A stretch of DNA of 64,000 nucleotides from Cyanidioschyzon merolae (Eukaryota): NCBI GenBank assembly GCA_000091205.1, contig AP006492.2; one strand, 5' to 3'. The first letter of the stretch is position 1; the number at the start of each line of letters is the position of its first letter. This document shows positions 22,570-35,787 of this stretch, piece by piece. The translations under genes and the position numbers were made by a program. The notes beneath the pieces are model-generated. The model did not search any database and had not been told where the DNA came from. It saw nothing but the letters and a program-made list of their open reading frames with translations.

Positions 22570-23060
22570 AGTGCAACAATAAGGGCTCACGGATTCGTGC
22601 GCAGTATCGGGATAGCCGGCTGTTGGTTTTTCGGACTGTCTTCTTCGACGCTTTAAAGCTGAAAGTCGTAGTGTCTGCGGAATCAACGTCATTCGCGATA
22701 TGATCTTGGACAAGGCTTCGTAATATCACTGATATTATGATCCAGTGCGTCCATACAAGAATCTATTCTTCTAATTCCATTACGAGTAGCATGCATAAAT
22801 GACACATGCTTCCAGGTTTTCGACGACCATTCCATTTCATGGGCAATGCATGAGCGCTGCGATTCGTGTCCCAGTACTGATGATGACGACAAGAACTCGG
22901 TTTCTTCCATTGAAGATTTGATAAGACGTTCATGCCGAAAGTGCACTGAACTTGTTACGTGAAAGAATCGATTCCGCTCGACTGGCGTATCCTGCACGGT
23001 TTGTCGTCAGTTATGAAACAATAGTCGAAAGTACCATGATGCATCTCACGGGACGTGATC
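22570..23060. repeat. Dispersed repeat family, copy B
   Basis: GgGCTCAcGGATTCgTGcGcAG ... TCTTCTAATTccattACGAGTAGCATGCatAAAT...CTTCcaGGTTTTC ... ATGAAACaaTAgtcgaaAGtAcCATGAtgCatcTCACGgGac, collinear with copy A. Confidence 0.5.
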
Positions 23061-24367
23061 TCAGAGGCAACCGTCTCCGCTGTTTGCATGGAAAGAGGGC
23101 GTGGACGCGGACTTTGGTTATCGCATCGATACCCTTCAGTGAAGCGTGTGTCAATGCATCGCACGAAGGAAGCGCAGTCAAATCGTAAGCTCTCGACTTT
23201 TTCTCCATCCTGGATTTTTTTGCTTCTAGTGCCAGTCTCATCCTAAACGAACGATGTGTGCCGCAAATGCCCTATAGAATGGAGAAGTATGCACTCGTGC
23301 GTACGGCGGACAGCGCACTCCCCAGGCGGTATCGCTCAGCAGTAGTCCGTCATCGTAGGGTGCGGCACCGAGCCCGGATACGGAGAAGTCATCAAGAACG
23401 AGCCCTTTGTATCTCTCAGCGGCAAATCTTGTGAGCGATGAAGAAAAGCCTCACGCGCCACAGTGCGGCGCTCGGACGAGGATATGTGGCGGATGCGTCT
23501 AGAAAACACTGACCATCGTCATGTTTTTCTGCTGCTGCAATCGGCGCTCCGAGGCTGCATCAATGCAATATGACGTGGCAAGCGAAGCGTGAGTCGCAAC
23601 GATATGCTTTGCATGAAATGAGTCAACATTTGCCTCACGCGGTGAAATTGGAATTGTCTTGTTCTCGTCAACGTCTTGCAACTGCTTATAACGTAGCGGG
23701 AGGAGAAACAAAACTCGCTGTATCGAGAGCGGAGCACAAGAGAGCGAGAACGAAAGCAAACATCCGCCAAGACTAGTATTGAATGATAGCGGTTGTCGAC
23801 CCAAACTTTGGTATCTAGTTCGGAATTAGCTGGGCTGGACCTGTTCCCTTCAAGTCTGGCATAAAGCCGTAACCGGATACGCTGTGCGAGCGTTCTTGCG
23901 CCTGCCATGGACAACCTCGAAGGGCGTCCACATCACCACAATCCTCCGAATAAACGAAGCATGTCTTGTTGGCGCACAGTGCGAAACCTTCATGATATTT
24001 TGCTCCGCAGCGAATTTGACCCAGCTGAAGTGCATGGATAGCCCTAGAGGCGTCGGCAACAAGATGCACGTCTGCGGTTGGTTCGCTGCTCCAAGTCCAG
24101 CAGCGTCTGGGCACGTTCTTTTGCAGTTGCGTATTCTGCTCGAGCGCCCGACACTCATGCAGCGCTCGGGGTTATTGTCGATGCTTCGTGACCAACGGCG
24201 CTTTCCTTACCAGACTGGCGCATCCGCTGCGGTATGATATCCAGGTAAATGGCAGCGACATTCGAGTAGCAACGCACGATTTGCAAAGCCGCTTTCGGAA
24301 TCATCTCGATTATATTCGATAATGGAACACCATTGTCGATCATTGATCGACCGGGGAAATGGTAAGC

Positions 24368-24392
24368 GGTGTGTGTGTGTGTGTGTATGTAT
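24368..24392. repeat. (GT)n dinucleotide microsatellite
   Basis: gtgtgtgtgtgtgtgtgtatgtattg, in a gene-free island. Confidence 0.85.
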
Positions 24393-27300
24393 TGGTGCGG
24401 GGCTTTAGCGTTGCTCCTTTGCTGAGCATACCATGCCAATGTTCCGCTCCAGACGAGAATTCAGTGTCACTTCTCCTGGCCTCTGATTCGTTTTCTTGCA
24501 AGTCTGTAGCGTTCCAGTGCGATGCCTCTAGTGAGTCACCTACGATGTCCTGGAACATTCGCGCACCTCAGAGCAGTTGGACGCGGCGGAAGCGCGACAA
24601 GCGGTAGCATAGTATTCGGGGCGTTCAAGCCTCGGTGCAGATTGTGCTAGCGCAAAGTTTTCCCGGGAAATAACACACGAGAGCGAGCATCATACCCTGG
24701 ATGACCTTGTCATGTGATGTTCTGTCAGTGAATTGTCGAACATGTCGCGCATTCGCCTCTGTTTCAAATGTTGCTTGTCTACCGATTTCAGAGAGCACCT
24801 GTGCCCATGTTGCGTGTTTGTCGTCCGGAATGCATCGATGCGAGAACTGGACCATCGAGGCTGGCGCTGGTTGCGCGGTCTCCTCGACACAGAGGGTGTG
24901 TAGTCATCGCGCGCTACAGCACATCCAGCCCCGCAGGATACCACCAAATGATGCGACTTGTCGGTGAGATCCTTTTCCAACTCATTAAAATCGTCGGTGG
25001 ATGCACGCTTCTTGTCTCCGTGCAACCGCAACTTGTGCTACTCTGGCGCGGTCTCAGGTATTTCAGCCAAACATCGTTGATACGAGTTATTTGGACGGTC
25101 CTGTAAGCTCCCTGAATGAAGCGTAGAGAGCGACGCCATCCGTGCTGGAAACGGTGCTGAGAGCTTCGAGGTGCCGCCTGATACCTGTATTCCAGTTATT
25201 GGCACGCCGTTTGGTGCTCACGATTCCTGACTTGCGATAATACCCATTCCTGAAGAAGCTGAGAAGTTTCATCTGATTTCCGTTCAGGTCTCCGGCGCCG
25301 TGCTTTTGATTCAGAGTTATGGCGACGGACAAGACGTCCTTCGACAAGGGATCCACATTCATCACGGGGTACTCCTGCTCAGTTACCTTGAAATGTTAGA
25401 CATGCGTCCGTCGGTCGGCTCTGGTCTAGGTATCACGGAATGCATGCAGATTGATATTCCGTCCGACTCCATCGTACCTGTAAACTTCTTTGCTTTTCTC
25501 ACTATGAAGAAGATTCCTTGAAGGAGTTCCTCTAATGCCGTTGGTGAAGACGTTCGAGTGCTTCATACTTGTGTGCAGAGACCAGTGGTAGCCCACTGAG
25601 GAGGCCAATCAGCACAGGACAACATTGTCTGCGGAGTTGTACTGGGTCTCGATGTGCCGTATGGGAAATACATCGAATAGATCCCCGAGGAAGTTGGGCG
25701 CTCGAATCCAGGAACCAAGTCTGCTTTGCTTAGGAGCGCTCAGTGCAGGGAATCTCAGAAGCGCAGTATTCGAAAAAGGCATGTATCCCGTTTCAAACAT
25801 GCTTCGGATACGAGTTCCGTGTACTTGATTCCGAGAGCAACGCCATGAGCTTGGACGATCGGAAGCGAACTCGCTTCCACTGCGACATCTGTTCCGTACT
25901 CGCGAGCTCCTCGATCGTCTCCGCAGTCACCAGCTCGTCGTTGACCGTCATCGATACTCCGCGAATGCCGTTTATCAGTCCCAACTTAACTGGGACAGTA
26001 CGTTGAGCGCGCAACGCCTCCAGTGTACGCTGCACGAACCAATCGACGGTGACCAGCATATGGTTTATGAGGCTGGTATGATGCTTTTGGGCACCTGCTC
26101 TGTAGACACTCCGGTTACCGACGTGTCGCGCCAATGCCTCCAGGTATTCTGGGAAGTGTGTATGTGTGCGACGCTCTAATCCGACGATCATGCGGTATGT
26201 CGTCTTCTGTCTGGAGCATCAGCTGTGTTGTCGCATGCTGGTTTGGTCTAGGTATGCGAGAGGAAGGTCGGTAGCCAGCTGTTCCGACACCGGAACTCCT
26301 ACAAGCAACTGCTTGATGCGGTGCGTCCTCGCGAGCGGAGCCAGGCACGACATTCTCGAGTATAGAGCGACGTGATCCCCACTGGCGTCTTGCATTGCAC
26401 TTTTTGAGAAATTATTCCTGGTGAGGAGTTTTGTTAGGCAGGCCTCGACAGTGATTTCAGAGTACTGTTTCCGCGTAAACCGTTCCTCCTGTCGATCTTT
26501 GCTTGGTGTCGTTTCGCGAGGATTTTTCTCTTCTTTGTTCAGGAGTTTCCTCGCCTTCTCATGACTTGGCGGGCTAGCATGGATACTAACGCACTACTCC
26601 GTATCCTTTATTCCGCAGTATTCAGATCCAATACGTAGACGTGGACACTGAAACTCGCCTGTTCTTCGTTTGTTTCTCCCATTCCTCAACTACCTCTTCG
26701 TCACCTGGTCCGGGTCGACCACGTCCGTGGACCGAAGCGCGCCGTTCCGCTTTCTCCCGCGTACGAGCAGCGAACCAGCACTGCAATGCACGGCAGGTGA
26801 ATGTGTAGAACCAGTCGACGCAGAGGGGTTCGTCGAAAAACCGTATCACAGATACGAATGACTCATCCATAGAAGCATGAGCTTGAATATGGCATTCGAA
26901 AAGGAGAACACGCCTCGGACTCGATTGAACTAGGGAGAAGATGCTAGCACGAAGAAGTGCTCAACACGAATCGCTGATGCGAACCGCTTCAGCGCATTTG
27001 AGTGATCGGAGTCCATGGTATCTACGAACAAGACACAAGAATCTGGCGAGCACAAGTCACAAAGCGCGTCAACGAAGAATGCGGTGTTGAACAATTCAGC
27101 CCTTGCAACAATTCGTAGGCGAACACACCATAAAATCGTTGTTTGGGCTGGTGTTGTCGTCACGCTCGCTTGCCTCTGCTTGACGAACAGCGGTCTTTCC
27201 CGTGTTAGGTACCGGTATTCAAGGCTAGCATTTCCCTAGGCAAGTCTCACCGAAAATGAAGAGCTCCCATACCTCCTGTTGAGAGCATTCGCATTTCAGT

Positions 27301-27850
27301 GCGAAATCCATTCTGTGACGTTCAGCAAGTGACGATCTCCCGTAGACGCGCACTTTTGTCTTTGTCCATTTGCGACTCTTCATCACCGTTCGAATCAGTG
27401 GTGCAGAGCTTTCACATCCTGTGTATTCTCTAATCGTTTTTCTTAGACAGCAAATGGATTGGAATGCACTGACGAAGAGACAATCGTGTAGATCGTATTC
27501 GACAAGCTGCGTTTCGGGTGCGCTCTGTCTACACTAAGCACTACGACAAGGGCAGTTCATTCACTGGCTGACCGTAGAAAGCGTGGCTTGAACAACGAAG
27601 GTCGTTGTTCTCGCAAGCTAATCATGGCGGCATCAACTCCTTCCGCGAACTTTCTCCAATCCACAGAACACTAGACTTTAATTGAATACCGGGGAGAAAA
27701 CCAGACAAGAACAAAACCAGCATGCTGGTTCACGTCTTCCAGCGTGCACTCCTCTGAGCATAACATGCGAACCTCCATACTCGCCATGCGCCGTGATACC
27801 ACGTCAGCCTTGCATCTGCGAATCGCTGGCGGCGGAAATAGTTTCCGCGG

Positions 27851-29338
27851 TTAAGCGGTGGCCACGCTGGCACCAGCACCGTTCTGTTGTGCCTCCTGTC
27901 GAATTCGTTCTGCCTCTCGAATGCGACGCTCAAGCTCCGGTCGGAAATGCCGAATAAGCCCCTGCACGGGCCAGGCTGCAGCATCACCCAGCGCACAGAT
28001 CGTATGACCCTCGATGTTCTTCGTGACCTCATACAACATATCGATTTCCTCGATTCGGGCATCGCCTTTCTCCATGCGACACAGCATTCGATGGAGCCAA
28101 CCGGTGCCCTCACGACACGGGGTGCACTGGCCGCATGACTCGTGCTGGTAGAAATAGGAGATGCGTCGAATCGCCGCAACGATATCTGTTGAACGATCCA
28201 TCACGATGACTGCAGCAGTGCCCAGGCCACTGCCAACCTCTTTCAGAGCGTCAAAGTCCATCATCACATCATCACAGATGTCCTTGGGCAGCAATGGAAC
28301 CGAACTACCACCGGGAATGACAGCGAGCAGGTTCTCCCAGCCGCCGCGTACGCCACCAGCATGGCGCTCGATAAGCGTCCGCAGGGGAATGCTCATCTCC
28401 TCTTCGACCACGCAGGGGTTATTCACATGCCCGCTTATGATGAAGAGTTTGGTGCCGCAGTTATTCTTACGACCGAGCGAGGCAAACCAGGAGCTGCCCC
28501 GACGTAGAATGGTAGGCACCACTGCCACGGTCTCCGTGTTGGTGACGGTGGTAGGACACCCGTACAAACCAATATTCGCGGGAAAGGGCGGTTTCAAGCG
28601 CGGCTTGCCTTGTTTTCCTTCCAGCGATTCCAGGAGTGCAGTTTCCTCACCACAAATATACGCCCCAGCTCCATGATGCACGTACACATCAAAGTCGTAG
28701 CCACTGCCACATGCGTTTCGACCAATGAGACCCTTTTGGTAGGCTTCTTGGACTGCGCGCTCTAACTGTTTACGCTCGTAGACGTACTCGCCGCGAATGT
28801 AGGCGTAGGCTGCGCGAGCACCCATGGAAACACCGACCAAAAGCATGCCCTCCACGAGTTTATGCGGATCATGGCGCATGATTTCGCGGTCTTTCGCAGT
28901 TCCAGGCTCCGACTCGTCACAGTTTACGACGAGATAGTTAGGTCGGCCGTCCGGATTCTGACGAGGCATGAACGAGTACTTGAGCCCGGTGGGGAATCCG
29001 GCACCTCCCCGCCCTCGTAGACCGCTGGCTTTGATCTCGTTGATGATCCAATCGCGACCTTTCAAAACCAGGTCTTTGGTACGGTACCAGTCGCCTCGCT
29101 TGAGTGCGCCATCTAGGAAAGCATCTCGTTCACCATACAAGTTTGTGAAGATTCGATCCTGGTCCTTCAACAAGCCATAGCTACGCTCGGCGTTCGACGC
29201 CCGCCACGTTTCCGGTTTCGGGGCTGGAGCTCCAGTTGCAACGCTGCTGGAAGAACGCAGCGTTGTGAACACGCCAACCAGCCAGCGTGTTCTCTTATGC
29301 ACCACACGCTGTAAGCTTCCACGAACAGCACCTTGCAT
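27851..29338 (-). CDS. NDUFV1: NADH dehydrogenase (ubiquinone) flavoprotein 1, complex I 51 kDa subunit, with mitochondrial presequence
   Basis: Near full-length match to NDUFV1/NuoF ([44 protein letters not shown], the C-terminal Fe-S binding [10 protein letters not shown]). First in-frame ATG at 29336-29338 gives an R/S-rich presequence; the track start at 29461 is GTG. Confidence 0.95.
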   Translation of the reverse strand: MQGAVRGSLQRVVHKRTRWLVGVFTTLRSSSSVATGAPAPKPETWRASNAERSYGLLKDQDRIFTNLYGERDAFLDGALKRGDWYRTKDLVLKGRDWIINEIKASGLRGRGGAGFPTGLKYSFMPRQNPDGRPNYLVVNCDESEPGTAKDREIMRHDPHKLVEGMLLVGVSMGARAAYAYIRGEYVYERKQLERAVQEAYQKGLIGRNACGSGYDFDVYVHHGAGAYICGEETALLESLEGKQGKPRLKPPFPANIGLYGCPTTVTNTETVAVVPTILRRGSSWFASLGRKNNCGTKLFIISGHVNNPCVVEEEMSIPLRTLIERHAGGVRGGWENLLAVIPGGSSVPLLPKDICDDVMMDFDALKEVGSGLGTAAVIVMDRSTDIVAAIRRISYFYQHESCGQCTPCREGTGWLHRMLCRMEKGDARIEEIDMLYEVTKNIEGHTICALGDAAAWPVQGLIRHFRPELERRIREAERIRQEAQQNGAGASVATA

Positions 29339-30759
29339 GGGAAGCACTACACGGGAAACTGCTGGGAGCACAGTTTGGTACTGAAGAAAAACACCTCGAC
29401 GCTGGAGCAGTGGCGGAGAGCGGAGTGGTGTTGTCGGCGCCGTTGCACCGAGCGCGTTCACCCGATAACAAATCGCTTGCGGGTGCTTTACAGGGCTGTT
29501 GTCTGCTGGGGTGCGTATGACGCTGGCGTGGGTGCGGATCGTACGGAATTGAGTGCCTGAGGAAGTAGCAACTCGATGATGGATTCTTTCGACTTTCCCA
29601 TTAATCTTTGGAAGGAGGCGACGCTTTGCGTATCATCGAAAGTTTGGCTTCTTAGCAGAAATTCTCGTTAAGCGGATGAGTCTGCCGGTTTCGTGCCTCA
29701 TGCTCCCTGCTCCAGTGGCGGTTGCTATGACGAGACACGAGCAGTTTTTCTACAAAGCAGTCTTACTCTGGGACTAGGAGCGGTCAAGTTGCATCCAGAA
29801 GTCGTCCTGGTCGCGGTGGTCTGCTGGTGTATCGCTTCGCGTAGTCGCAGGCAGGGGGTGTATCTGCGCAGTCTCCGGGCTTCCAGCTTGATAACGAATC
29901 CCGAGCTTGTGCCGGGTGAACCACGTGTCGAGCCGACGCCTTTCGGGGTATGATAATGCCTTGCTGTCTATATGCTATGTCCGCATCGGCGTTATAGGTG
30001 CTTTTACGGGGCTTATGGCTGGTTCGGTGCACGGTGGATCATAGGCAATGATTCGTACATGTGAAAGGAGGTATCGGGAGCAGAGCCTGACCCTAGCATC
30101 AAGCATGATGGACGTTTTTGCGATGACGGATATCCACCGCGCAATCCTGGATCCCTGCTTCATGTAATCCTCCAGTCGAACAAGAACGAGGATCGCATGT
30201 TTGCATTTTTTGACGTCAGAAGGATCAATGATCCTAGACCGCAAAGAAATTGGGCGAAAGCATTCGTCTCTAGGATCAGGTGCACACACGTCTCAGATGA
30301 GAGACAAACTAGAGGTTTTCTGGGGGATTTTCGCGCGCGCTGGTCAGGCGTGCGCATCATGGGATGATAGGGTGTAAGAAAAACCATGTTTGATCCATTT
30401 TTTCTCATTTGAATGCCGGGAGCCTGCATCATGGATCAGGCGCATACAAGCACTCGAGACAGGGAGCGCATACGGCAACGCGTCTCTCTCGGTTACATCG
30501 ATTTGTCCGGTATCCGCAGCGGTGCACTGCAGCACACCAATGGGGGTGTCGAATGCGCATATCCCGCCATTCGCCCTGATTCCCGTCATGAAAGTGCACA
30601 GCTCGTACTCAATCGCTCCAGGTGCTTTGCAGCTGCTTCTTCATAGGAGCGGTGCGTGGTTCGTGGAACGCGCGCAACCTGCGCGTTCCGACGCTCACTG
30701 CACGTTCAAAACCTGGTGAACGCTGCGCAGAGAGGCTCGCGAATGCCGGTCGTGTTCAT

Positions 30760-32097
30760 TTACAGATACAAACTGTCCGGAGCTCCTTGTTGTTTCTTGT
30801 AGAGGACGCTCTCTTTTGCCTTGCGGAAATCCTCCTGTGTCACTTTCATTCTTCGTTCACGCAACGCCATCATGCCTGCCTCGGTACAGATGGCTTTGAT
30901 GTCGGCTCCGCTGAGTGGATCCTTGGTCATCACGAATTCCTCTGTATTCACGTCGGGTGCTAGGCTCATCCGGCCAGTATGAATCGCAAAAATTCGCCTT
31001 CGAGTCTTCTCGTCAGGGAGCGGGAACTCGATCTTGCGATCGACACGGCCAGGGCGCAGCAGCGCCGGATCCAAGGTCTCAATTTTGTTGGTTGCCAGGA
31101 TCACCTTCACGTCGTGCCGTGCCTCGAAACCGTCCAACTGGTTCAAAAGCTCGAGCATTGTCCGCTGTATCTCGCGTTCGCCGCTCGACGTGGCATCGTA
31201 TCGCTTGGTGCCGATCGCATCGATCTCGTCGATGAAGACGATGGAGGGTGCGTTCTCATCCGCGAGGCGAAAGAGCTCCCGGACTAGTTTGGGCCCGTCG
31301 CCAAGGTGCTTCTGAATGAGCTCGCTGCCGGTGAGGCGGAGGAAGGTCGCTGAGGTAGAATTCGCCACAGCCTTGGCGAGTAGGGTTTTCCCGGTGCCCG
31401 GTTCTCCGTAGAGGATGACGCCTTTGGGTGGCTGGATGCCGATATCCTCGTAGAGTTCGGGATGCGTCAGCGGCAGTTCCACTGCCTCTTTGATCTCCTG
31501 AATCTGTTGGTCCAGGCCCCCTACATCCGCATACGTCTCGGGTGGGGCCTTTTCGACCTTCATCACCGAGACCGATGGATCGGTGTCATCGGCGAGCACG
31601 CCGACCACGGACAAGACTTTGTTGTGCAGTAGGACCGAACAGCCAGGTTCGAGTTGTTCACGGTCTACGAAAGAGCACATGTTCACGTAGTATTCCGGTC
31701 CCATTGCTGACGACACAATCGCGTGGTTATCATCGATGATCTCCTCGAGCGTGCCAACGCCCAACGGCGAGCCGCGCAGGGTCTCGACCTTTGCGCGGTC
31801 CTCCTCAACTCGCTCCACTTGTGGCTTGCTTAGAAGTGCATTGCTGATATACTCCTCCTCGAGAAGAAGGCAGTCCTTTAGACGTTCGAGTCGCAGGACG
31901 CGAAGTTTGCACTTCACCGCGGGTGTGACGGCGGGCAAGCGCTGCAGGGCGGCAGGACCGCGGCGCTTACGCCTCCTGCCGAAGCGCGTCGACCCGGGCG
32001 CCGCATCAAAACGCTTCTTCTTCTCACCTTTGCTTGCTTGATCACCTCGCTTACCGGAAGGCCCGCCACCTGGTGGCAGGGACTGGCCGTTGCCCAT
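30760..32097 (-). CDS. RPT2: 26S proteasome regulatory subunit 4 (Rpt2/PSMC1), AAA ATPase
   Basis: N-terminus MGNGQS (N-myristoylation-type start typical of Rpt2). Walker [16 protein letters not shown], Walker [15 protein letters not shown] region and C-terminal tail. ATG at 32095-32097. Confidence 0.95.
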   Translation of the reverse strand: MGNGQSLPPGGGPSGKRGDQASKGEKKKRFDAAPGSTRFGRRRKRRGPAALQRLPAVTPAVKCKLRVLRLERLKDCLLLEEEYISNALLSKPQVERVEEDRAKVETLRGSPLGVGTLEEIIDDNHAIVSSAMGPEYYVNMCSFVDREQLEPGCSVLLHNKVLSVVGVLADDTDPSVSVMKVEKAPPETYADVGGLDQQIQEIKEAVELPLTHPELYEDIGIQPPKGVILYGEPGTGKTLLAKAVANSTSATFLRLTGSELIQKHLGDGPKLVRELFRLADENAPSIVFIDEIDAIGTKRYDATSSGEREIQRTMLELLNQLDGFEARHDVKVILATNKIETLDPALLRPGRVDRKIEFPLPDEKTRRRIFAIHTGRMSLAPDVNTEEFVMTKDPLSGADIKAICTEAGMMALRERRMKVTQEDFRKAKESVLYKKQQGAPDSLYL

Positions 32098-34279
32098 GGA
32101 AAACAAGCGCTGAGCAACGCTGCACCGAGACGCAAGCGCGTGCCGGTTCAGCGCAGCGGACGTACCGGCCCTGCCCAGGCCGAAGCGATGGACGCACAGC
32201 GTTGTTGCCGCTGAAGTGTCGAGTGTCACCACACAGCGCTACGATGTCGCGCTTTTTCCGGGCTTATGGGGTACTCACGAGTTTATTTACGGGCGTGAAC
32301 TGAGCGACAAGGTTTGCGTGGCGTCTCCAGTCGCTGGTACCGTGTGGAATAGGGTGTAGTTGGGGAAACGCAAGCACTACTCAGCAAGTGGCGCGGCGAG
32401 TATGTGTGCGTTCAGCAGCGCGCATCTACCTCGAACTGGATTTCGACGGGCGCTCTGGCACACTGTACCACACGTATGTGGGTTCGGTAGAACGCGGGAG
32501 TATCTGGGAGGGAAATCTTGTGTCTTTTGCTCGTTACTGACTGCGTTCAAGTTTTCCAGGGATCCTGTTGTGACGCGGCATTCCGTTGGCTTAAAAAAAA
32601 GTCGTTAAGAGCTGAAAACTGTTAAGAAAGAGAAGTGATTTTTTGGTTAAGACGATCTTGAGGAAAAATACGTTCTTGTTCGGCTCGAGGCTGCAATTGT
32701 TGAAAGCTTTGGCGAGAGCGCGCCGCTCGAGTGAAGGCCTCGACGCCAGCTTGCCACAACGTCATTTTGGACAAACTCGCAGTACGGGTCGGTAGCAATA
32801 GAAAACTAGGTCGCGCTTGGTATGCCTGGCGGAAATGCAATCCATGTTGATCGTGAGTCTTGGTTTTCGACATTCGAGGTGTCCCGATAACTGTACCAAC
32901 TGTCGCCGACGCTCCGAGTGGAAACAGGATGTTGACTTATCGGATACCTCTAGGGTTTCTACCTCGTTCTCGTCGCTAGCTGCTTTATAGACGTAATCCG
33001 CGGCTTTGTACGGTTTTCACGAAATACGAGCGTTTTGAAGCTTCCTTCGGGGCTTTGCGGCGACCGCCGCCGATCTACCACAGCAACGCTTTCGCCATGC
33101 GCCCTGACCATACCCGTGCACGCTTTCCAAAAGGACGCTCAAATTCTGTTCAAGGATTAGCAGCAATCGTCTATGGACTTGAACATAGGTTGAGTACGGA
33201 TCTATGCTCCGCAGCTGCCGCGAGCGCGCCCGGTGCAACGCCCGAGCACGTTACCTCGTGGGATGAGCGAGAGAATGCGCTCTCCGAGGCTCACGCTTTC
33301 CAAGCAAGCTGAGCGTTCTCCATACCTGGTAACAGCAAAGTCTTGCTGTAGCATCGATTTCACTAGACCGTGGCGGAGTCATCTGCCACGGACGACGTGC
33401 TCCAGTGGCGGTTTTCTGTCATGCGAAAAGATGGTGCTCGCGTATACCATGTCAGTATTGGTACATGTTCTGATTCGAATCTGAGCGGCAGATGAAGGTT
33501 CCAGCACGCTGCACAAAGAATCGTCTTCTCAGACGCTTGTTCTCACGACAGGTTAATCGCACATATTCTTACGCAAATGGCAATGATATGAAAGCAGCGC
33601 TTGTCTTGGAGTGCTTGGGGGCTCCCCGCACGCACCTCGTATCGGCGATACGAAAGTGATCCGCGTCTATGGCTACAACAAAGCTGTGGACAGCGTCCGG
33701 ACACGTGTCCACGGCGTCATGCGTGCGCAGGTCTGGTCCAAGTAGCATGCACCTGCACCGGACGTGCTTCGCGCCTACGAGGCTACGTCGAACGTCATTC
33801 ATGAAAGCACGATGTCATGTAAACGCCAAGACGCATCGCGACACGTTTGGAACCACGAATGCGATCTCGTGGGGATGTGTCGAGTGTCGGCAATGAAATG
33901 CTGTGCTGGTGTCAATCTATAGATCATCGCTTTATAACAAGTCGCGTCGAGCACCTCGCCCTGGTTAACGGAGTGATAGATGGATGCAAAGGCGTGCTGC
34001 CCCTGGCAACGTGGGTACACATCTTCACTTCTTTGTTCTAGCCCAAAACCACTGATTCGCTCGTATCCAGGTAGATACCTGGACTTCGATGTTCTCGATT
34101 CGGCGCTCATGGTGAGTATCTCTGAATGCAGCGCGCGGATCCAAAACAGCTCAAGGAGGTCGTCGCTGGGGAAAGCGGCTACCTGCAGACTGCGATTTTT
34201 CAGAGTGTTCTACCCGTTCTCCATTGGAGCATCACCGCCATTTCTTGACAAGAAAAAAACGAAGACCCAAGTGCGTCAT

Positions 34280-35212
34280 TTAGAACCGTTTTGCTGCCCT
34301 TCTCGCCACGAGCACTTGATCGAGCAGGCGTAGTGCCTCTGTACCGTCCTTGGGCAACGCATCGATCACAGCGTCGGCGCCTTCGAAGCTCTCAAAACGC
34401 GTGTAAGCACTCTTTGTCACGAGGCAGCATAATCCAGCTGCTTTCGCGGCTTTCACGCCAATGGCAGAGTCCTCAATCACAACGGTGTGGTTTGGATCCA
34501 ATCGCATCTGCTCTATCGCTAACAGGTAAATATCCGGGGCGGGCTTTTTCCGCGGGACCACATCACCCGCGAATACTCGTATTCTCGGAGCAATATCTGG
34601 ACCCAGCAAGTTCACAATTGCCTGTACTGCCTCCTCATTCGAAGTGCTACAGACAGCCACGCGCATGTCGGAACGTTCAAAAGCCCGCTGAATAAGGCTC
34701 GCAACCCCGACGCGCAGCGGTATCTCTCCGGCGTCCACCATTTTCATGAAAATTTCCGTCTTTCGTTTGTGCAATCGCTGTACCAGCTCACGCTGATCAT
34801 CTGGGGTTCGCGCGACGTCCGGCCAACCAACTTCGTTGAAGTGTGCTGTCATGCGCTCCTTCCCGCCACCGACTTCCAACAACTGGCCGTAGAGGTTGAC
34901 GTCCCAGGTGGCCTTCTCTTCATCGATACGAAACTCGCGAAAGGCGCGGTTAAACGCTACTCTATGACCGTCTCTTTCAGTATCAGCTAAGACTCCGTCG
35001 CAGTCAAACAGAATGGCACGCGTAAGCGGCAACACTGCCGTTTGTGACGTTCCAGCGCTGAACGCTGGGTTGCGGCCTGACGACGCTGCACACGCTCGAG
35101 TCCGCTGCAACCAATTCACCGCCTGCGGTCGCCTTGAACAACAAGAACGATGACCTCGATGCCGCACGGGCGTTGATGGCAATGCCAGAAACGCAGTATT
35201 GCTCAATACCAT
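34280..35212 (-). CDS. HAD-superfamily hydrolase, CbbY-like, with transit-peptide-like N-terminus
   Basis: HAD motif I ILFDCDGVLADTE, motif II (CSTSNE), motif III/IV (K...IEDSAIGVKAAKAAG). About 60 aa Ser/Thr/Arg-rich acid-free N-terminal extension. ATG at 35210-35212. Confidence 0.8.
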   Translation of the reverse strand: MVLSNTAFLALPSTPVRHRGHRSCCSRRPQAVNWLQRTRACAASSGRNPAFSAGTSQTAVLPLTRAILFDCDGVLADTERDGHRVAFNRAFREFRIDEEKATWDVNLYGQLLEVGGGKERMTAHFNEVGWPDVARTPDDQRELVQRLHKRKTEIFMKMVDAGEIPLRVGVASLIQRAFERSDMRVAVCSTSNEEAVQAIVNLLGPDIAPRIRVFAGDVVPRKKPAPDIYLLAIEQMRLDPNHTVVIEDSAIGVKAAKAAGLCCLVTKSAYTRFESFEGADAVIDALPKDGTEALRLLDQVLVARRAAKRF

Positions 35213-35787
35213 AGTCGTTTCGCGTTAGTGCAGTACGTTGCGGATGAGTACCGCCCAGGGGGCAATGAGCACGTGGCGCATCTTGTTCGCAAGCGCTTCA
35301 GCGTGCGTTTCCTGGATATTGGATATGATAGACCATAGTATCCAAAAATGGACTGCGGTGCGCTGCACCTACACGTCTTGTATTTTCGTCGGTGCGTACA
35401 CGATAAAATCCTTAATGCGGACGCGGATGCCGCGCTATCTATTCCGGAAACGGTGAAGTACACAGACTTCTGAATACGAGCTAGGTACGCTCGTGTAGCC
35501 TTGGAAGCATCGCTGCAAACGGTATTCGGGGTACGGTGAGGAACGCAGGTACCCGTTCACGATCTACAAACGTTTTCTGCTTTTTCTACGCTCGGAAGCG
35601 AATGCAGGTACTGTGTAATCGTTTCCGACCATTCTGGGAGGCTGAATTTTTTCTGCGCGTCGCGGCTTAACACCAACCTGATCTGTGTCGAAAGTGAAGG
35701 CACTTTATCTAGCGAAGCGCTTGTCTCCAGCGGAAACGCTTGTGTCTCCAGCGCTGTGGTTTGCGGCGAAACCGCTGCGTCGGCGCC

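Noticed and set aside
28161-28676. Long antisense ORFs inside conserved genes. Examples: 28161-28676(+) inside NDUFV1, 31034-31315(+) inside Rpt2, 36004-36508(-) inside CBP80, 5190-5855(-) opposite URM1, 59560-59919(-) inside the SNF2 gene, 40561-41052(+) inside trpB.
   Set aside because: At about 57% GC, stop codons are rare in the antisense register of coding sequence. These ORFs have junk-like Arg/Ala/Ser-rich composition and no homology, while the sense frames match well-known proteins.
29339-29461. ORF-track start codons (for example NDUFV1 at 29461, CBP80 at 35740, SNF2 at 59424, HemK at 55324, NYN RNase at 12768, K+ channel at 46911) taken as true translation starts.
   Set aside because: Checking the DNA shows these M residues are GTG/TTG/CTG codons, so the tool uses bacterial-style alternative starts. 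Eukaryotic nuclear genes need ATG, so I moved each start to the first in-frame ATG. This trims junk-like N-termini and fits the expected targeting peptides.
33440-33490. A possible tRNA near 33470, from a TTCGAAT T-loop-like motif; similar motifs at 305 and 40060.
   Set aside because: The flanking bases do not form a 5 bp T-stem, and no acceptor or anticodon stems could be built. These are judged chance occurrences. A tRNAscan-SE run would be the definitive check.
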